Source of the DNA: Candidatus Poribacteria bacterium
GTDB lineage: Bacteria; Poribacteria; WGA-4E; JAJDTR01
NCBI GenBank assembly: GCA_965222225.1
Contig: CBDCTK010000002.1
Coordinates: 3,360,001 to 3,424,000, forward strand
Reading direction: 5' to 3'
Length of the DNA: 64,000 bases
Of this stretch, positions 31,315 through 41,094 are shown piece after piece. Both the position numbers and the translations under genes were made by a program. Positions within the stretch are counted from its first letter, which is position 1, and the number at the start of each line of letters is the position of its first letter. A model generated the notes under the pieces. That model worked only from the letters and a program-made list of their open reading frames with translations. It had not been told where the DNA came from and did no database searches.

Positions 31315-31477
31315 GTAATCCGCGATTCAGACAATTACTAAAATTCGCAAGCCTAGACCTTATTCTTTTAGCGAATGAACCACTTAATGTTCCAGCAGAT
31401 ATTGCCAAGACTCATCGTTAGCATAGACGATTTAGTCCACGTACGTCATCCGCTACGGTGGGTACGGACAGCTTCCC

Positions 31478-32248
31478 TCAAAACATCCGGGGGAAATCCG
31501 AAATGCTGTCAACAACCCATGTCGGATTTGCAACCGGGTTTTCCAACCGACTGGGTTGGAACTTCCCGGTCCTGACTAAAACGCTTCTCATCCCCATTCT
31601 TTCGGCACCCAGGATGTCGGTTGTGATTTCATCGCCAACCATAATAACTTCGTTAGGCGAAAACTGGAGACTATCAAGTGCAATTTCGAAAAAGAGCTTA
31701 CTCGGTTTGCCCATTACCTTCGCCGTCTTGGTTGAAGCATATTCGAGAAGCGCTACAAATGCGCCGCAATCCAACATAATACCTTCCGGCGAGACCCAAT
31801 AGGGTGACCTTTGTAACGCAATGAGTTCGGCGCCACCCATTAAAAACCGAAAGGCATGATTCAAGGAGCGAAAATCGAACCTGTCTCCATAGTCGCCAAC
31901 GACAACAAAATCGGGAGAATCATTATCTGTTGGTATCTCGTTGAAAAACGCTTTGACGAAATCATCCACCATAAAGTAGCAACGCGCTCGGGGTTGTGAA
32001 CGCAAATAAACGAGACAAGCGTAGCTCGCGTTGAAAATTTCACTTTCATGGACGTCAAACCCCAAGGTTCGCATTTGTTCATGGAGCATTTTCGGGGTCT
32101 TGGCTGTGATATTTGTAAGAAAACGAATCTGATACCCTTTCTCGCGCAGATATTTTACAGTTCGAACTGCCTTGGGGTAAGGTTCATTCTTGAAATAGAG
32201 CGTGCCATCCAGGTCGATTAGGAAAGCCTTGGGGTTTGCTGTTGTCAT
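31478..32248 (-). CDS. HAD-IIA hydrolase (LHPP-like)
   Basis: Own GGAGG RBS and ATG; FLIDLDGTL, FLTN, GKPS..FF, MVGDEITTDILGA, VRTGKF. Confidence 0.9.
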   Translation of the reverse strand: MTTANPKAFLIDLDGTLYFKNEPYPKAVRTVKYLREKGYQIRFLTNITAKTPKMLHEQMRTLGFDVHESEIFNASYACLVYLRSQPRARCYFMVDDFVKAFFNEIPTDNDSPDFVVVGDYGDRFDFRSLNHAFRFLMGGAELIALQRSPYWVSPEGIMLDCGAFVALLEYASTKTAKVMGKPSKLFFEIALDSLQFSPNEVIMVGDEITTDILGAERMGMRSVLVRTGKFQPSRLENPVANPTWVVDSISDFPRMF

Positions 32249-32360
32249 ACCTCCCTCCTCATCTTGTGCACGATCTTGTGCACGCGTGCGCAAGTCATTC
32301 CGCCAACGGGCTGCGCAGATTCCTTGGCAGAAAGATCCTCGGAGCAAACCCTTTCGTGCA

Positions 32361-33199
32361 TCATGGGGTCCAACACCCCTCTGTGTACGCTTCGCGGGTA
32401 AACAGCTTCTTACGCGTCGTGTTGGCGTGCGCCATCCATTCGGGCGGAATCTCTTGGGTGTAACGGTGTGGGGGCCAGCTTCCTTGAAGATATCGATATT
32501 GAAGATTCGGTACGGTTGTGGGGAATCTAACGCTTTCGCCTCAACCGCATGAAAAATACGGGCGTTAATGTAGACCATGCTACCCGGTGGCAGGGAGAGC
32601 CGTTTCTCTTTGAGCCTGCATCCAGCCTCGGCGTCGAATTCGCCCGTCAGCATCCGCTCCGGCGTCGCGGATTCGGTCGGCGCAACCCGGTGGCTGCCGG
32701 GGATGACTTTCAGATTGCGGTCACCGAGGGTGAATCCGTTGGGATAATACAGAATCTGCACATAATACTTGTCACGTTCGGCAAGATTGATCGGATTCTC
32801 ATGCTTCCAATGGTGATGGTCCTGATGGTACGGAACCGACCCAATGCCGCGTGGGGCGATATTCATCGCAGAATGGCAGAAATGATAATCGTCGCCGATG
32901 GTGGATCGTAGCAAGGAGGTTATGAAGGGATCGTCAATCAACCGATCACTATACGGTCGGCGTTCGTTCCAGGGGCGAATGAAATACGATTTCGGTTCCG
33001 CGCCATTTTGCTCCATTGCATCAAGGTACTGCCGCGCAGGTTCGTATTCCGTGATTTCCGCAATCAGGTTTTCCCTTGCCTCATCGGTGAGGACATCCGG
33101 ATAGACGATGTACCCATCGTTATGAAAGGAATCAATATCCGCTTCGGTTGGCCCCGATATGCGAAATAGAGATTCCAATTCAACTGTCATGAATACCAC
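32361..33199 (-). pseudogene. PhyH-family dioxygenase with 1-nt frameshift in G-run 32470-32474 (creates apparent fusion to HAD)
   Basis: FHNDGY, YHQD, VIPGSH, FHAV; adding one base gives EAGPPHRYTQEIPPEW...EGCWTP* ending at 32361. Confidence 0.75.
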
Positions 33200-33252
33200 T
33201 CCTTCCGTTCTCCCATCCTTCCAATCTTCCGTTGCAACGCAATTGAATTAAT

Positions 33253-34392
33253 TCAACGGTGTATTGGTCTTGCGCGTCCAACTTTCGCCTTTTCACAATA
33301 GGCCTCCACCTGTTTCGCAAGTGAAAGCAACCGTGCTTCCGAAACGTCACCACGTGGTTCCAGTTCCGTCAACAGCCTTTCAAGTTCTTCGGCATCAATC
33401 GGCTTCCTTCTGGCAATTTCCTCCACGAAGCTAGTTGTCTCCAGATTCGGGTTGATATGCCATCGTGCCGCAAGATCTGACCGAAATGTGTCGCGTATCT
33501 GCCTCAAAATTGCACGACGTGCATCTCCTTTCTGATACAAGGCGGTCATGGCGTGCACATACTCTGAACTGACGCGCCTGTTTGATTCCTCCACCGCTAT
33601 CGGGTTGCCGAATCGCCTGCCGCGAAGAATCAGAAACAGGAAAACAATCCCCCCTGTATAAACGACACCCAAACCACCCGATGTATTGAACAACAGATAC
33701 GTCAACGGGTTTGCTGGCGATGCCGAACCGGCAGCGTAGTAGCCGAATTGCGCGAGCCCGACACGCGCACGGTTGGGCAACGTCGTCATCAGGTTGTATA
33801 GGAATGTTGCGTTTCGATTATCTTGTAAGCCGTGACGGGCAAAAATCTCTGGGCAGGACATGAAAACGGCATGCCCGTCCCCCTCATGAAAAGTTACGAT
33901 CGAATAATCTGTGCCCTGTCCGTAAAGCGGTGCAACATCCCGTCCCGACGATTGGATGGCGTAATCCGTATTGGAGTAGATTTCGTCCACCGGACGGTTT
34001 GGAAAGAGGGGGTCTGTTGGAATTCGATGTGAGGTTTCCAACGAGTTTGACGCTTTATGCATCTCCAATCCGTAATGGTGCAATAAAGAATTAAGTGATT
34101 CGTGTTCCCCTGCGACAATCAGGGTGCCGCCGTCTTCAACGAAGCGGCGTATCTCCTCAATCTCCTGATCGCTTAATTCTCGACGTAGGCGCCACAGAAA
34201 TAGCGCGTCCAACCGATCTAGCCTAGCGGGTTGTGCCGCGTTAATCTTCGTCACGCGGAATTTTAACCTCTGCATGACACGGTAAAGCGCGCTTTCCTGA
34301 TCGGGCAGGCCGCACGAGGATTCAAGAAAGCAGAGTGCAATCAAGACGATGTAAAGGAGGCAAGACTTGGAGTTGCTCACAGAAAAATTCAC
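33253..34392 (-). CDS. DUF4350-like membrane/lipoprotein
   Basis: FVEDGGTLIVA, NATFLYNL, RGRRFG.P, EYVHAMTALY; position in the MoxR cluster. Confidence 0.75.
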   Translation of the reverse strand: MNFSVSNSKSCLLYIVLIALCFLESSCGLPDQESALYRVMQRLKFRVTKINAAQPARLDRLDALFLWRLRRELSDQEIEEIRRFVEDGGTLIVAGEHESLNSLLHHYGLEMHKASNSLETSHRIPTDPLFPNRPVDEIYSNTDYAIQSSGRDVAPLYGQGTDYSIVTFHEGDGHAVFMSCPEIFARHGLQDNRNATFLYNLMTTLPNRARVGLAQFGYYAAGSASPANPLTYLLFNTSGGLGVVYTGGIVFLFLILRGRRFGNPIAVEESNRRVSSEYVHAMTALYQKGDARRAILRQIRDTFRSDLAARWHINPNLETTSFVEEIARRKPIDAEELERLLTELEPRGDVSEARLLSLAKQVEAYCEKAKVGRARPIHR

Positions 34393-35033
34393 CCGCTCGA
34401 TACATACACTTTTTTCAACATCTCTCGGTAATAGGTAACGGTATCCGCGTCACACGGTTTGTAGCCGTACCAAACATCATCAAACACCTGAATTGCCGGC
34501 CGCAGCGCGCTCTGTAATTCAGCGCGCATCTGCAATGTGCGCAGATATTCCAGATTGGTCAAGCTCTTATCATAGGTGAGTATGCCGCGCTCCTGAAGGT
34601 GAAAAATTGCCGATAAATAGAGGAAGCGGAGCGCTTCCCTAAAGTTCTGTGATGCAACTGCTTTTTCAGATTGCGTGAGCGCCGCCTGCTCTGTCGCCAC
34701 GCTTTCCATTGCAGATTCGGTCATCTCATCCCGCGCCTCGGTAACCAGATTCCCGCGAATCTGTTGAATGAAAAAGATGCTTACACCAATCAGAAGGATG
34801 CAGCCTAGCACGAGAAGAACGTGTTTGAGATTGATATCCATGTGCCTACGAGGTGCGAGGAGCTTGCTCAAAAGATTCTCGTACTCCTCAAAGGAAACTT
34901 CCATCTTATCGTGGTTCGCTTCCACCTCTTCTCTAAATCGCTTCTCCTCTGTCTCGACCGCGAACAAAACAGGGATTGTCGTCAAAAAGAGTATCGCGCA
35001 GATAGCAGTTTTAAGGTTTGAGAATATCTTCAC
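34389..35033 (-). CDS. DUF4129 domain protein
   Basis: FREALRFLYL..I..L......YDKSLTNLEY...FDDVWYG. Confidence 0.82.
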   Translation of the reverse strand: MKIFSNLKTAICAILFLTTIPVLFAVETEEKRFREEVEANHDKMEVSFEEYENLLSKLLAPRRHMDINLKHVLLVLGCILLIGVSIFFIQQIRGNLVTEARDEMTESAMESVATEQAALTQSEKAVASQNFREALRFLYLSAIFHLQERGILTYDKSLTNLEYLRTLQMRAELQSALRPAIQVFDDVWYGYKPCDADTVTYYREMLKKVYVSSG

Positions 35034-35176
35034 AATGTCTAGGATTCGTGAAACTGGGCTAGCTAATACCTAAGCTTAGATAGGCTCCACGTTAATTGAT
35101 AGGTAAGGCTGGGGAGAGTTCGGCTAGGTCGACTGTGGAAACGAGGGTTGAAATGCCTGTTAGCCCACGACTGTTG

Positions 35177-36073
35177 TCACGCCCCTTCGCTAGTCACGCG
35201 CATCTCAATATCGAACCCCTCTTTCCGAATTCGACGGTCGAAGTAGACCAGTGTTGCACCAATAATGCCGATTGGCAGCATCAGGCTAGTGATGGCGAGA
35301 CTGACGAAATGCCGGATTGAATAAGCGATTAATTCTTCCCAAGTCGTCAGTTGCGGCATGAACATTTGTCGCAGTATTTCCACCAAATCTCCATCTCCAC
35401 CAATCGCTTGCGATAAGCCGAGCACGAACAGTAAAGAAAATTGTAGTATGGATTGAACAAAGAAAACCAGCAGAATAACCCCTATCATCATACCAAAAAC
35501 ACGCCACCACCCGCCTTTAACCAATTCACTGCTGCGTTTGAGTGCCCTGACTGCCGATTTTTCCTCAAACACTGCCGCCAGACTGCAAAATATCCAACGA
35601 AATCCAAAAAACAAAGCGAAAGGAATACCGATGAGAGTAACAGTCAATAACCCGACAACTAAAGCGTAGAGAAGATTGCTTTCAAGGTAGGGCCAAAACC
35701 TGCGTTTGGTTTGCTTGAATGCCGTGCCAGCGGTAATCCGTTTACCCAAGAAGGCTTGAGCGCTTCCGAAGACTAATCCGCCTATGACGAACAGCATAAC
35801 CACGGAGCTAATCAAGGTAAGGACACCGGTTATTAGTATCAACATGCTGGTTTCGCCAGAGCTGGCGGCGGCAACCGTGGAAATACTAATCAAAAGATTG
35901 ACAACGAATCCGCAGACAAAATAAACGCTGCAAATGCTCACAAACAGGCGGAAATGGTTGCGATAGAGACTGAACATTGAGTCTAAAATGTCCGTGAACC
36001 CCATCGGTTGAAGCGATGCCGCACCCGTCTCATCACCGCCGCTTACTCCAGATGAATCATTAGATTGTAACAT
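35177..36073 (-). CDS. Integral membrane protein of the MoxR cluster (GDPD-membrane-domain-like)
   Basis: LQPMGFTDILD..FSLYR, ALKRS.ELVKG.WWRVFG, YFDRRIRKEGFDIE; likely ATG at 36073. Confidence 0.8.
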   Translation of the reverse strand: MLQSNDSSGVSGGDETGAASLQPMGFTDILDSMFSLYRNHFRLFVSICSVYFVCGFVVNLLISISTVAAASSGETSMLILITGVLTLISSVVMLFVIGGLVFGSAQAFLGKRITAGTAFKQTKRRFWPYLESNLLYALVVGLLTVTLIGIPFALFFGFRWIFCSLAAVFEEKSAVRALKRSSELVKGGWWRVFGMMIGVILLVFFVQSILQFSLLFVLGLSQAIGGDGDLVEILRQMFMPQLTTWEELIAYSIRHFVSLAITSLMLPIGIIGATLVYFDRRIRKEGFDIEMRVTSEGA

Positions 36074-36476
36074 TTTCTCTCCCCATGTACTCAAATGGCT
36101 TGACTCACGCGGCAACAAGCGGCCCCGCGTTGGTAGACAGGGCATCTTGCCCTGCCACGCTAGGTGGTCACGATCGGGAGGCGCTCCTACAGGGATTGGA
36201 ACGTAGAAACAAGTAATAAACTGCTCTGCCGCGAGCCTGTAGTTACTCAATTGCACAAGTCCTATGGTAAATCACAGTTGATCCATGACGCACACATACA
36301 GGTGCAATAATAGCACACCCCACTACGATTGTAAAGAGCCGGCGAGAAAGTCTTGGTTGTCGTCTTCACTGAACAATCCGCCCGATACACCATCTATCTT
36401 GTCGAGGCAAGTCCTGCCTAGGGCGTGTAGACATTCATGTGAGTTGTGTCCACAATTCGCCGATAAATACCCAATC

Positions 36477-36607
36477 GTAGGGGCGAGGTCCCCTCGCCCA
36501 ATGACTTGAGAAACGCAACCCCTACGGCCTCTGCTCCGCCTACTCCCGTTTCCCGCTTCCGTTGGGTTGAGCATTGGGTTTCACGGTTCCCGTTCAACCC
36601 AACCTAC
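36477..36607. repeat. GTAG/CTAC REP-like hairpins
   Basis: GTAGGGGCGAGGTCCCCTCGCCC...AACCCCTAC, and TTGGGTTTCAC...TTCAACCCAACCTAC on the opposite strand. Confidence 0.7.
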
Positions 36608-36656
36608 GTGATGTCAAATGTCAACAGAACCTAGTAATTGTAGGGTACGCACTGCG

Positions 36657-36799
36657 ATCAGGCGACTGGACAAGGAGCGATCAAACGAGTGGACAGCGAG
36701 TGCGATAGAGATCCCCCTCAAACGAGTGGATAACGATCAACCGACTGAATAAGGAGGGCGATAGCAAATCCCATGCGATAGAAATCCCCTATAGATTCC
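36657..36799 (+). repeat. Cluster of four GA-hairpin elements, nested and tandem, after GTAGGGTACGCACTGCG
   Basis: Starts 36657, 36680, 36717, 36736; complete copies 36680-36715 and 36736-36772. Confidence 0.85.
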
Positions 36800-36913
36800 T
36801 CTCCCGATCGCGACTTCTTGAGCGTTTGTAGAATCAACAGGTCGCATGAGGCGACTTCACCAGCCAAGAAGCAGCCAACAAAAATCTAGTATGACTCGCT
36901 GTTTCCCGCACCT

Positions 36914-39487
36914 TCATATTCTCGCGCGTCGGAAATCTATACGACGCAGCGCAATGTCTGCGAGCAACAGCAGTAGAGCAATTATGAGGAATGGTCGCCA
37001 GAGATGAATCCGAAGAACGACCGGCTGATCGGGGGAACGAAATGTGTCTTCAGGTAGGACGTTGAATCTGCCGCCGGACACCGCCGCCAGTTGGGTTAGG
37101 CGGGCTTCGTCGGCGTTGTGAACGAGGTATTCTTCCGGATAGGAAACCACAGTGCCGGTTACTTGCGTATGCACGACCTCGCCGCTCCGCTTCTGCATGA
37201 TGTTGACGAAATACGGTCCGACATCATTCGTCGAGAAATCAAGTTCATACCGCCCCGGAGCAGTCTGCGCCACCCCAAGTTGCTTCTTCTTCAGGTCAGG
37301 CGCGATAAGGGAGATGTCGCTCTCCAACTCGTTCAGAAAATCTCCGGTCTCACCAAGGGCGTCAATCGCCAGGTGTGCGTTTCCCTTCTCCTGCTTGATT
37401 TCCGCTTGAAAATTGCTCAGCGTTGTTTTGCGCATCGTGTCGCGCACCAACTGTGCCCAAAACTTGCCGTAACCTGGCCACTCCAACCAATCGGAAGCCC
37501 AACGCGCTTTGGCGTCGGAGGTGAAGGCGACAGATTTGCCCAAGCCGTACTGCCAACTTGCCAATAGTGGATCGCCGCGATCGGAGACGGGGAAAATTTC
37601 AGCCGTTGGTCGTGGTTGTGTGGCGACGTAGCCGAGTAGAAATGGTGCAACTTGAAGATCGATCCCGCTCAAGACCTGCGTAGGCTTGATGAGTTGAGGA
37701 ATAAACGGTTCATCAATGATTGCCGACTTTGATGCGGTTATGGTCTCCTTTGCAAAAATCTGCGGAATATTGTAAGGATCCTGCGTAACGTAATCGCGTC
37801 CGCCTCCCCAGTTGGCGAGGTTGCCCAGCAGATTCATGTCGGCACCGCTGCCGATGCCGACTGTGGAAATCGTGATGCGCTCCGCACGCATTGAACTCGC
37901 GATGCCGTACCAATCCCCGGGTTGTGACATGCCGTCGCTCAGAACGATGACATTTTTTAGCTTGGCATTCGTCTCCGTCAGAGCGAGATACGCTTGTTCG
38001 AGTGCGGGGTAGAGGTTCGTACCGCCGTTCGCAGTGATTGAACCTATCTGATCGGAGAGGTACAGCTTGTCCGAAGCGGAATGCATCTCGGCAATCCAGA
38101 ACGGCGAGCCGTCAAAAGCGACAACACCGATTTTGTCGCGTCTGCCCAACAGTTCTACCGCCCCGCGCGCCGCCTCTTTTGCCAACTCAATCTTGATGCC
38201 GCCCATGCTTCCCGACTTGTCAATCACTAGCACCATTGCCAGAGAAGGCGTTTCCTTTTTCTTCTCCGTGTCGGTACGGACAGGCAAGATGGCTTCAATC
38301 GGCGTTTTGTAGTAGCCTCCAAGTCCAAAACTGTTTTCGCTGCCCAACATCATGAATCCGCCGCCGAGATCCTGCACGTATGTGCGGATAAGCTCCATCT
38401 GCTTCTTGGTCAGGCGATTGGCAGGCACATCCGCGAACACGACAAGATCGTAGTTATGCAGGTCGGCAAGTTCGTCCGGAACTCCCAAGCCATTGCGGAC
38501 ATTAACGCGAATGTCGGCATCCTCGAGCGCCTGAGTTAGATAGCGCGCTTGCGGTTCGTTCTCGTCAATTAACAACACCTTCGATTTACCCGATACTACG
38601 ACAATGCCGAGTGCCCGATTGTTGTCGTAACGGGTGTCCTGCGTTGAGCGGGCAAGGGCATCAAAGGTTAACGTTCCGCTCTCCGTTGATGTCTGTGTAA
38701 ACAGCACCCGATTTTCGCCCGCAACCAAGCGAACCTCTTGCGTTGCGGCCTCGAATTTGTTCTTGAAAAGACGAATCTCCGCGATGTCCTCATGGTTGCT
38801 GTGGACAAGCACCTCCAAACTGAACGGCTCGCCCTGCTTAACTTGCACCGGAGCGTCAATCCGCTCCAGCATAACTTCCGGCTCATCACTCGGATAGAGT
38901 GGCACTGTGTCTATCTGTACGCCAAAGTCCTGCCCGCGATGTCCCGTGTGAATCGCATCTCCCTGCGTCTCCACGCCGTCAGTAACGAGAACAATCCGCT
39001 TATTCGCATTCGCCGGAAAAACACCCCACGCCATCTCGACCGCCTGTGCGATGTTGGTGGCGTCGCCTGCCTCCTCATCAGCTTCCAACCAAGACTGCTT
39101 GATTTCAGCAAGGTCCAGCTCATCTTCGGATTCAACGCGAAAATCTTTGAGTATCTCTGCCCTGTCCGTGAATCCAATGACACCCGCCTGCTGCCCTGCG
39201 CCTTGTGATTCCAGAGCTTCGTTGATATAGTCCGTCGACGTTTCTAAACCGATCGCCGAAATACTATCCGATATATCCGCCAGAAAGATTACCGCCAGTT
39301 CGTCGTCGGTCTTCAGGTATTGAAGATAGGCAACGCTCAGGATAAGCAGCACGACAATGATTGCTCTCATAATCAAGCTGACAATCCGCTGTGTTCGCGT
39401 CAGGTCCACGAGACTGCGGCGGTCGCCGTAGTATAGAGCGGGCAGCAGAAGAACCAGGAAAAGTAGAAATGGACGCGCGATTTCCAT
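36914..39487 (-). CDS. Membrane-anchored double-vWA protein with glutamine-amidotransferase-like domain
   Basis: MIDAS motifs DISDS and DKSGSM, LVTDG and LSDG, GGGFMMLGSENSFGLGGY; TM segments at both ends. Confidence 0.88.
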   Translation of the reverse strand: MEIARPFLLFLVLLLPALYYGDRRSLVDLTRTQRIVSLIMRAIIVVLLILSVAYLQYLKTDDELAVIFLADISDSISAIGLETSTDYINEALESQGAGQQAGVIGFTDRAEILKDFRVESEDELDLAEIKQSWLEADEEAGDATNIAQAVEMAWGVFPANANKRIVLVTDGVETQGDAIHTGHRGQDFGVQIDTVPLYPSDEPEVMLERIDAPVQVKQGEPFSLEVLVHSNHEDIAEIRLFKNKFEAATQEVRLVAGENRVLFTQTSTESGTLTFDALARSTQDTRYDNNRALGIVVVSGKSKVLLIDENEPQARYLTQALEDADIRVNVRNGLGVPDELADLHNYDLVVFADVPANRLTKKQMELIRTYVQDLGGGFMMLGSENSFGLGGYYKTPIEAILPVRTDTEKKKETPSLAMVLVIDKSGSMGGIKIELAKEAARGAVELLGRRDKIGVVAFDGSPFWIAEMHSASDKLYLSDQIGSITANGGTNLYPALEQAYLALTETNAKLKNVIVLSDGMSQPGDWYGIASSMRAERITISTVGIGSGADMNLLGNLANWGGGRDYVTQDPYNIPQIFAKETITASKSAIIDEPFIPQLIKPTQVLSGIDLQVAPFLLGYVATQPRPTAEIFPVSDRGDPLLASWQYGLGKSVAFTSDAKARWASDWLEWPGYGKFWAQLVRDTMRKTTLSNFQAEIKQEKGNAHLAIDALGETGDFLNELESDISLIAPDLKKKQLGVAQTAPGRYELDFSTNDVGPYFVNIMQKRSGEVVHTQVTGTVVSYPEEYLVHNADEARLTQLAAVSGGRFNVLPEDTFRSPDQPVVLRIHLWRPFLIIALLLLLADIALRRIDFRRARI

Positions 39488-39778
39488 CGGTCTAAACCCG
39501 ATCAATTACGAGATTGAGGATTAAATGGCACTCACGATCGGCTTGTCTTGAAATCATTCAAATCAAAGAGCATCCAGTGTTAGTTACATCATTTCCATAG
39601 TTGTTTAGTTCGGTCCATAGAACCAGTCGGTTAGGATTCACGTATTTCGGTTTGTAGTAGTGCAATTCATTGCACGTCCGGCATGGACGTATGTGAACCT
39701 GCTTCATCCGCATTGGCATTGTACTTCCCTGCTTGACGCCCTCCCTAGCTTCTCGGTCTGGATTGGCAAATCCAGACC

Positions 39779-39831
39779 ATCAACCGAATGAACAGATCAA
39801 GCGACTGAATAAGGAGCGCGATTGGGATCCA
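39779..39831 (+). repeat. Partial plus complete GA-hairpin element after hairpin GGTCTGGATTGGCAAATCCAGACC
   Basis: Starts 39779 and 39796; inner ATC AA GC GA CT GAATA AG GA GC GC GAT TGGGATCC. Confidence 0.8.
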
Positions 39832-39958
39832 CACGTTCGGATATGCTATTCCGACCAATTCGCGCGCATTATTCACAGGGATTGCGGCATGTCAGCGCAG
39901 ACATCAAAGCCGTAATAATTTGCTGCTGACACCTTTTTCCAAAATGAGCCGTCAGCTC

Positions 39959-40585
39959 CTAACGAATCTCCTCGTAAACGTAATCCAACCACTTATCCTG
40001 CGGTGGTATAATTGGGGGTGTTGCCGAAATCGGTGCCCAAAATAGTTTGAAGACATGCTCTCGATCGCCATTTACCTCCCATTCCTGCGCCGTTTCTCCC
40101 AGCGTGGTTAGCAGGAAAAAATACCTAGTTTTCCGCGCACTCACGTGTTCACTTGGCACCCATCCCGCAATCTTACAGCGGATGCATGTCGGGTCGGGTA
40201 CTCTGTCGTATTCGATATATGAGACGAGCGTGAACTCTTTGTGTTTAGAGTTGTAATTTACGGTTAGCCCCCTAGTCAGTTCTTCCTTGTAGGCGATTGA
40301 GCTTAAACTTGGTCTGCTATAAACCTGGGTTGTTTTGGCGATTATTCTCTCATTCTCTCCCAATTCATTTTCAACACAGCCGAGGGACTTTTCAATTTTT
40401 ACATTCCGCAGGCCAGTTTCCTCATAGACTTCTCTCTTTACAGCAGTTTCGGGGTTTTCACCGTCCTCCACGGTTCCGGCAGGGATTTGTACACCTGCCC
40501 GCGGATGTCTGAACAGCAGTAATTCTTTCACCCCATTGCATTCCCGTGTGACAAATGCAGTAACTTTCTCGACCATGCTGGTCAC
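39959..40585 (-). CDS. Nudix hydrolase
   Basis: Nudix box GTVEDGENPETAVKREVYEETGL. Confidence 0.9.
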   Translation of the reverse strand: MTSMVEKVTAFVTRECNGVKELLLFRHPRAGVQIPAGTVEDGENPETAVKREVYEETGLRNVKIEKSLGCVENELGENERIIAKTTQVYSRPSLSSIAYKEELTRGLTVNYNSKHKEFTLVSYIEYDRVPDPTCIRCKIAGWVPSEHVSARKTRYFFLLTTLGETAQEWEVNGDREHVFKLFWAPISATPPIIPPQDKWLDYVYEEIR

Positions 40586-40659
40586 TTGAATATCCCTCGG
40601 TTTTCGCGCGATGTCTCATGCCAGAGAATAAATTTGAATGCGCCTTTGATTTTCCATTT

Positions 40660-40977
40660 CTATCTCACCTGAGGTTGGGAAGATTTCCATTCTCTCTGAG
40701 CATCTTTGCCGAAGAACTTGCCTTCAACCGCCTCCTCAATGTCAATCTCAAATTGGTCGGCTAAAGCCGCAAGTATCACGAAGGCGTCGGCAATCTCCTC
40801 TTTAAGCCGATCGGCGCGAAACTCGTCGTAGTTTTTCGACCAAAGCCGTTTGAGTTCCGACGCAATCTCCCCAACCTCCTCGGACAATAGCACCCCCAGT
40901 TTAACAGGGTCCGTAACAAAACCACGCTTGCTGCGTTCATCGGCGATTTGTCTCTGAAGATTCGTTAAGTTGGTCAT
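40660..40977 (-). CDS. MazG-like nucleotide pyrophosphohydrolase
   Basis: LSEEVGEIA...EEIAD motif, 105 aa. Confidence 0.85.
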   Translation of the reverse strand: MTNLTNLQRQIADERSKRGFVTDPVKLGVLLSEEVGEIASELKRLWSKNYDEFRADRLKEEIADAFVILAALADQFEIDIEEAVEGKFFGKDAQREWKSSQPQVR

Positions 40978-41094
40978 AAATTACTCCCTTGGCAAAAGAA
41001 AAAATGATAGCGGTGTTCTTCTGAGATTGTACCATCTTCCCGAAAATTGTGATAAGGAATCTACCCGAGCGCTAATACCGAATTAATAACAATT

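Noticed and set aside
31478-33199. Novel PhyH-HAD fusion protein (573-aa ORF)
   Set aside because: The linker looks like off-frame sequence. One extra base in the G run at 32470-32474 gives PhyH a natural C-terminus and stop at 32361, and the HAD gene has its own RBS and ATG at 32248.
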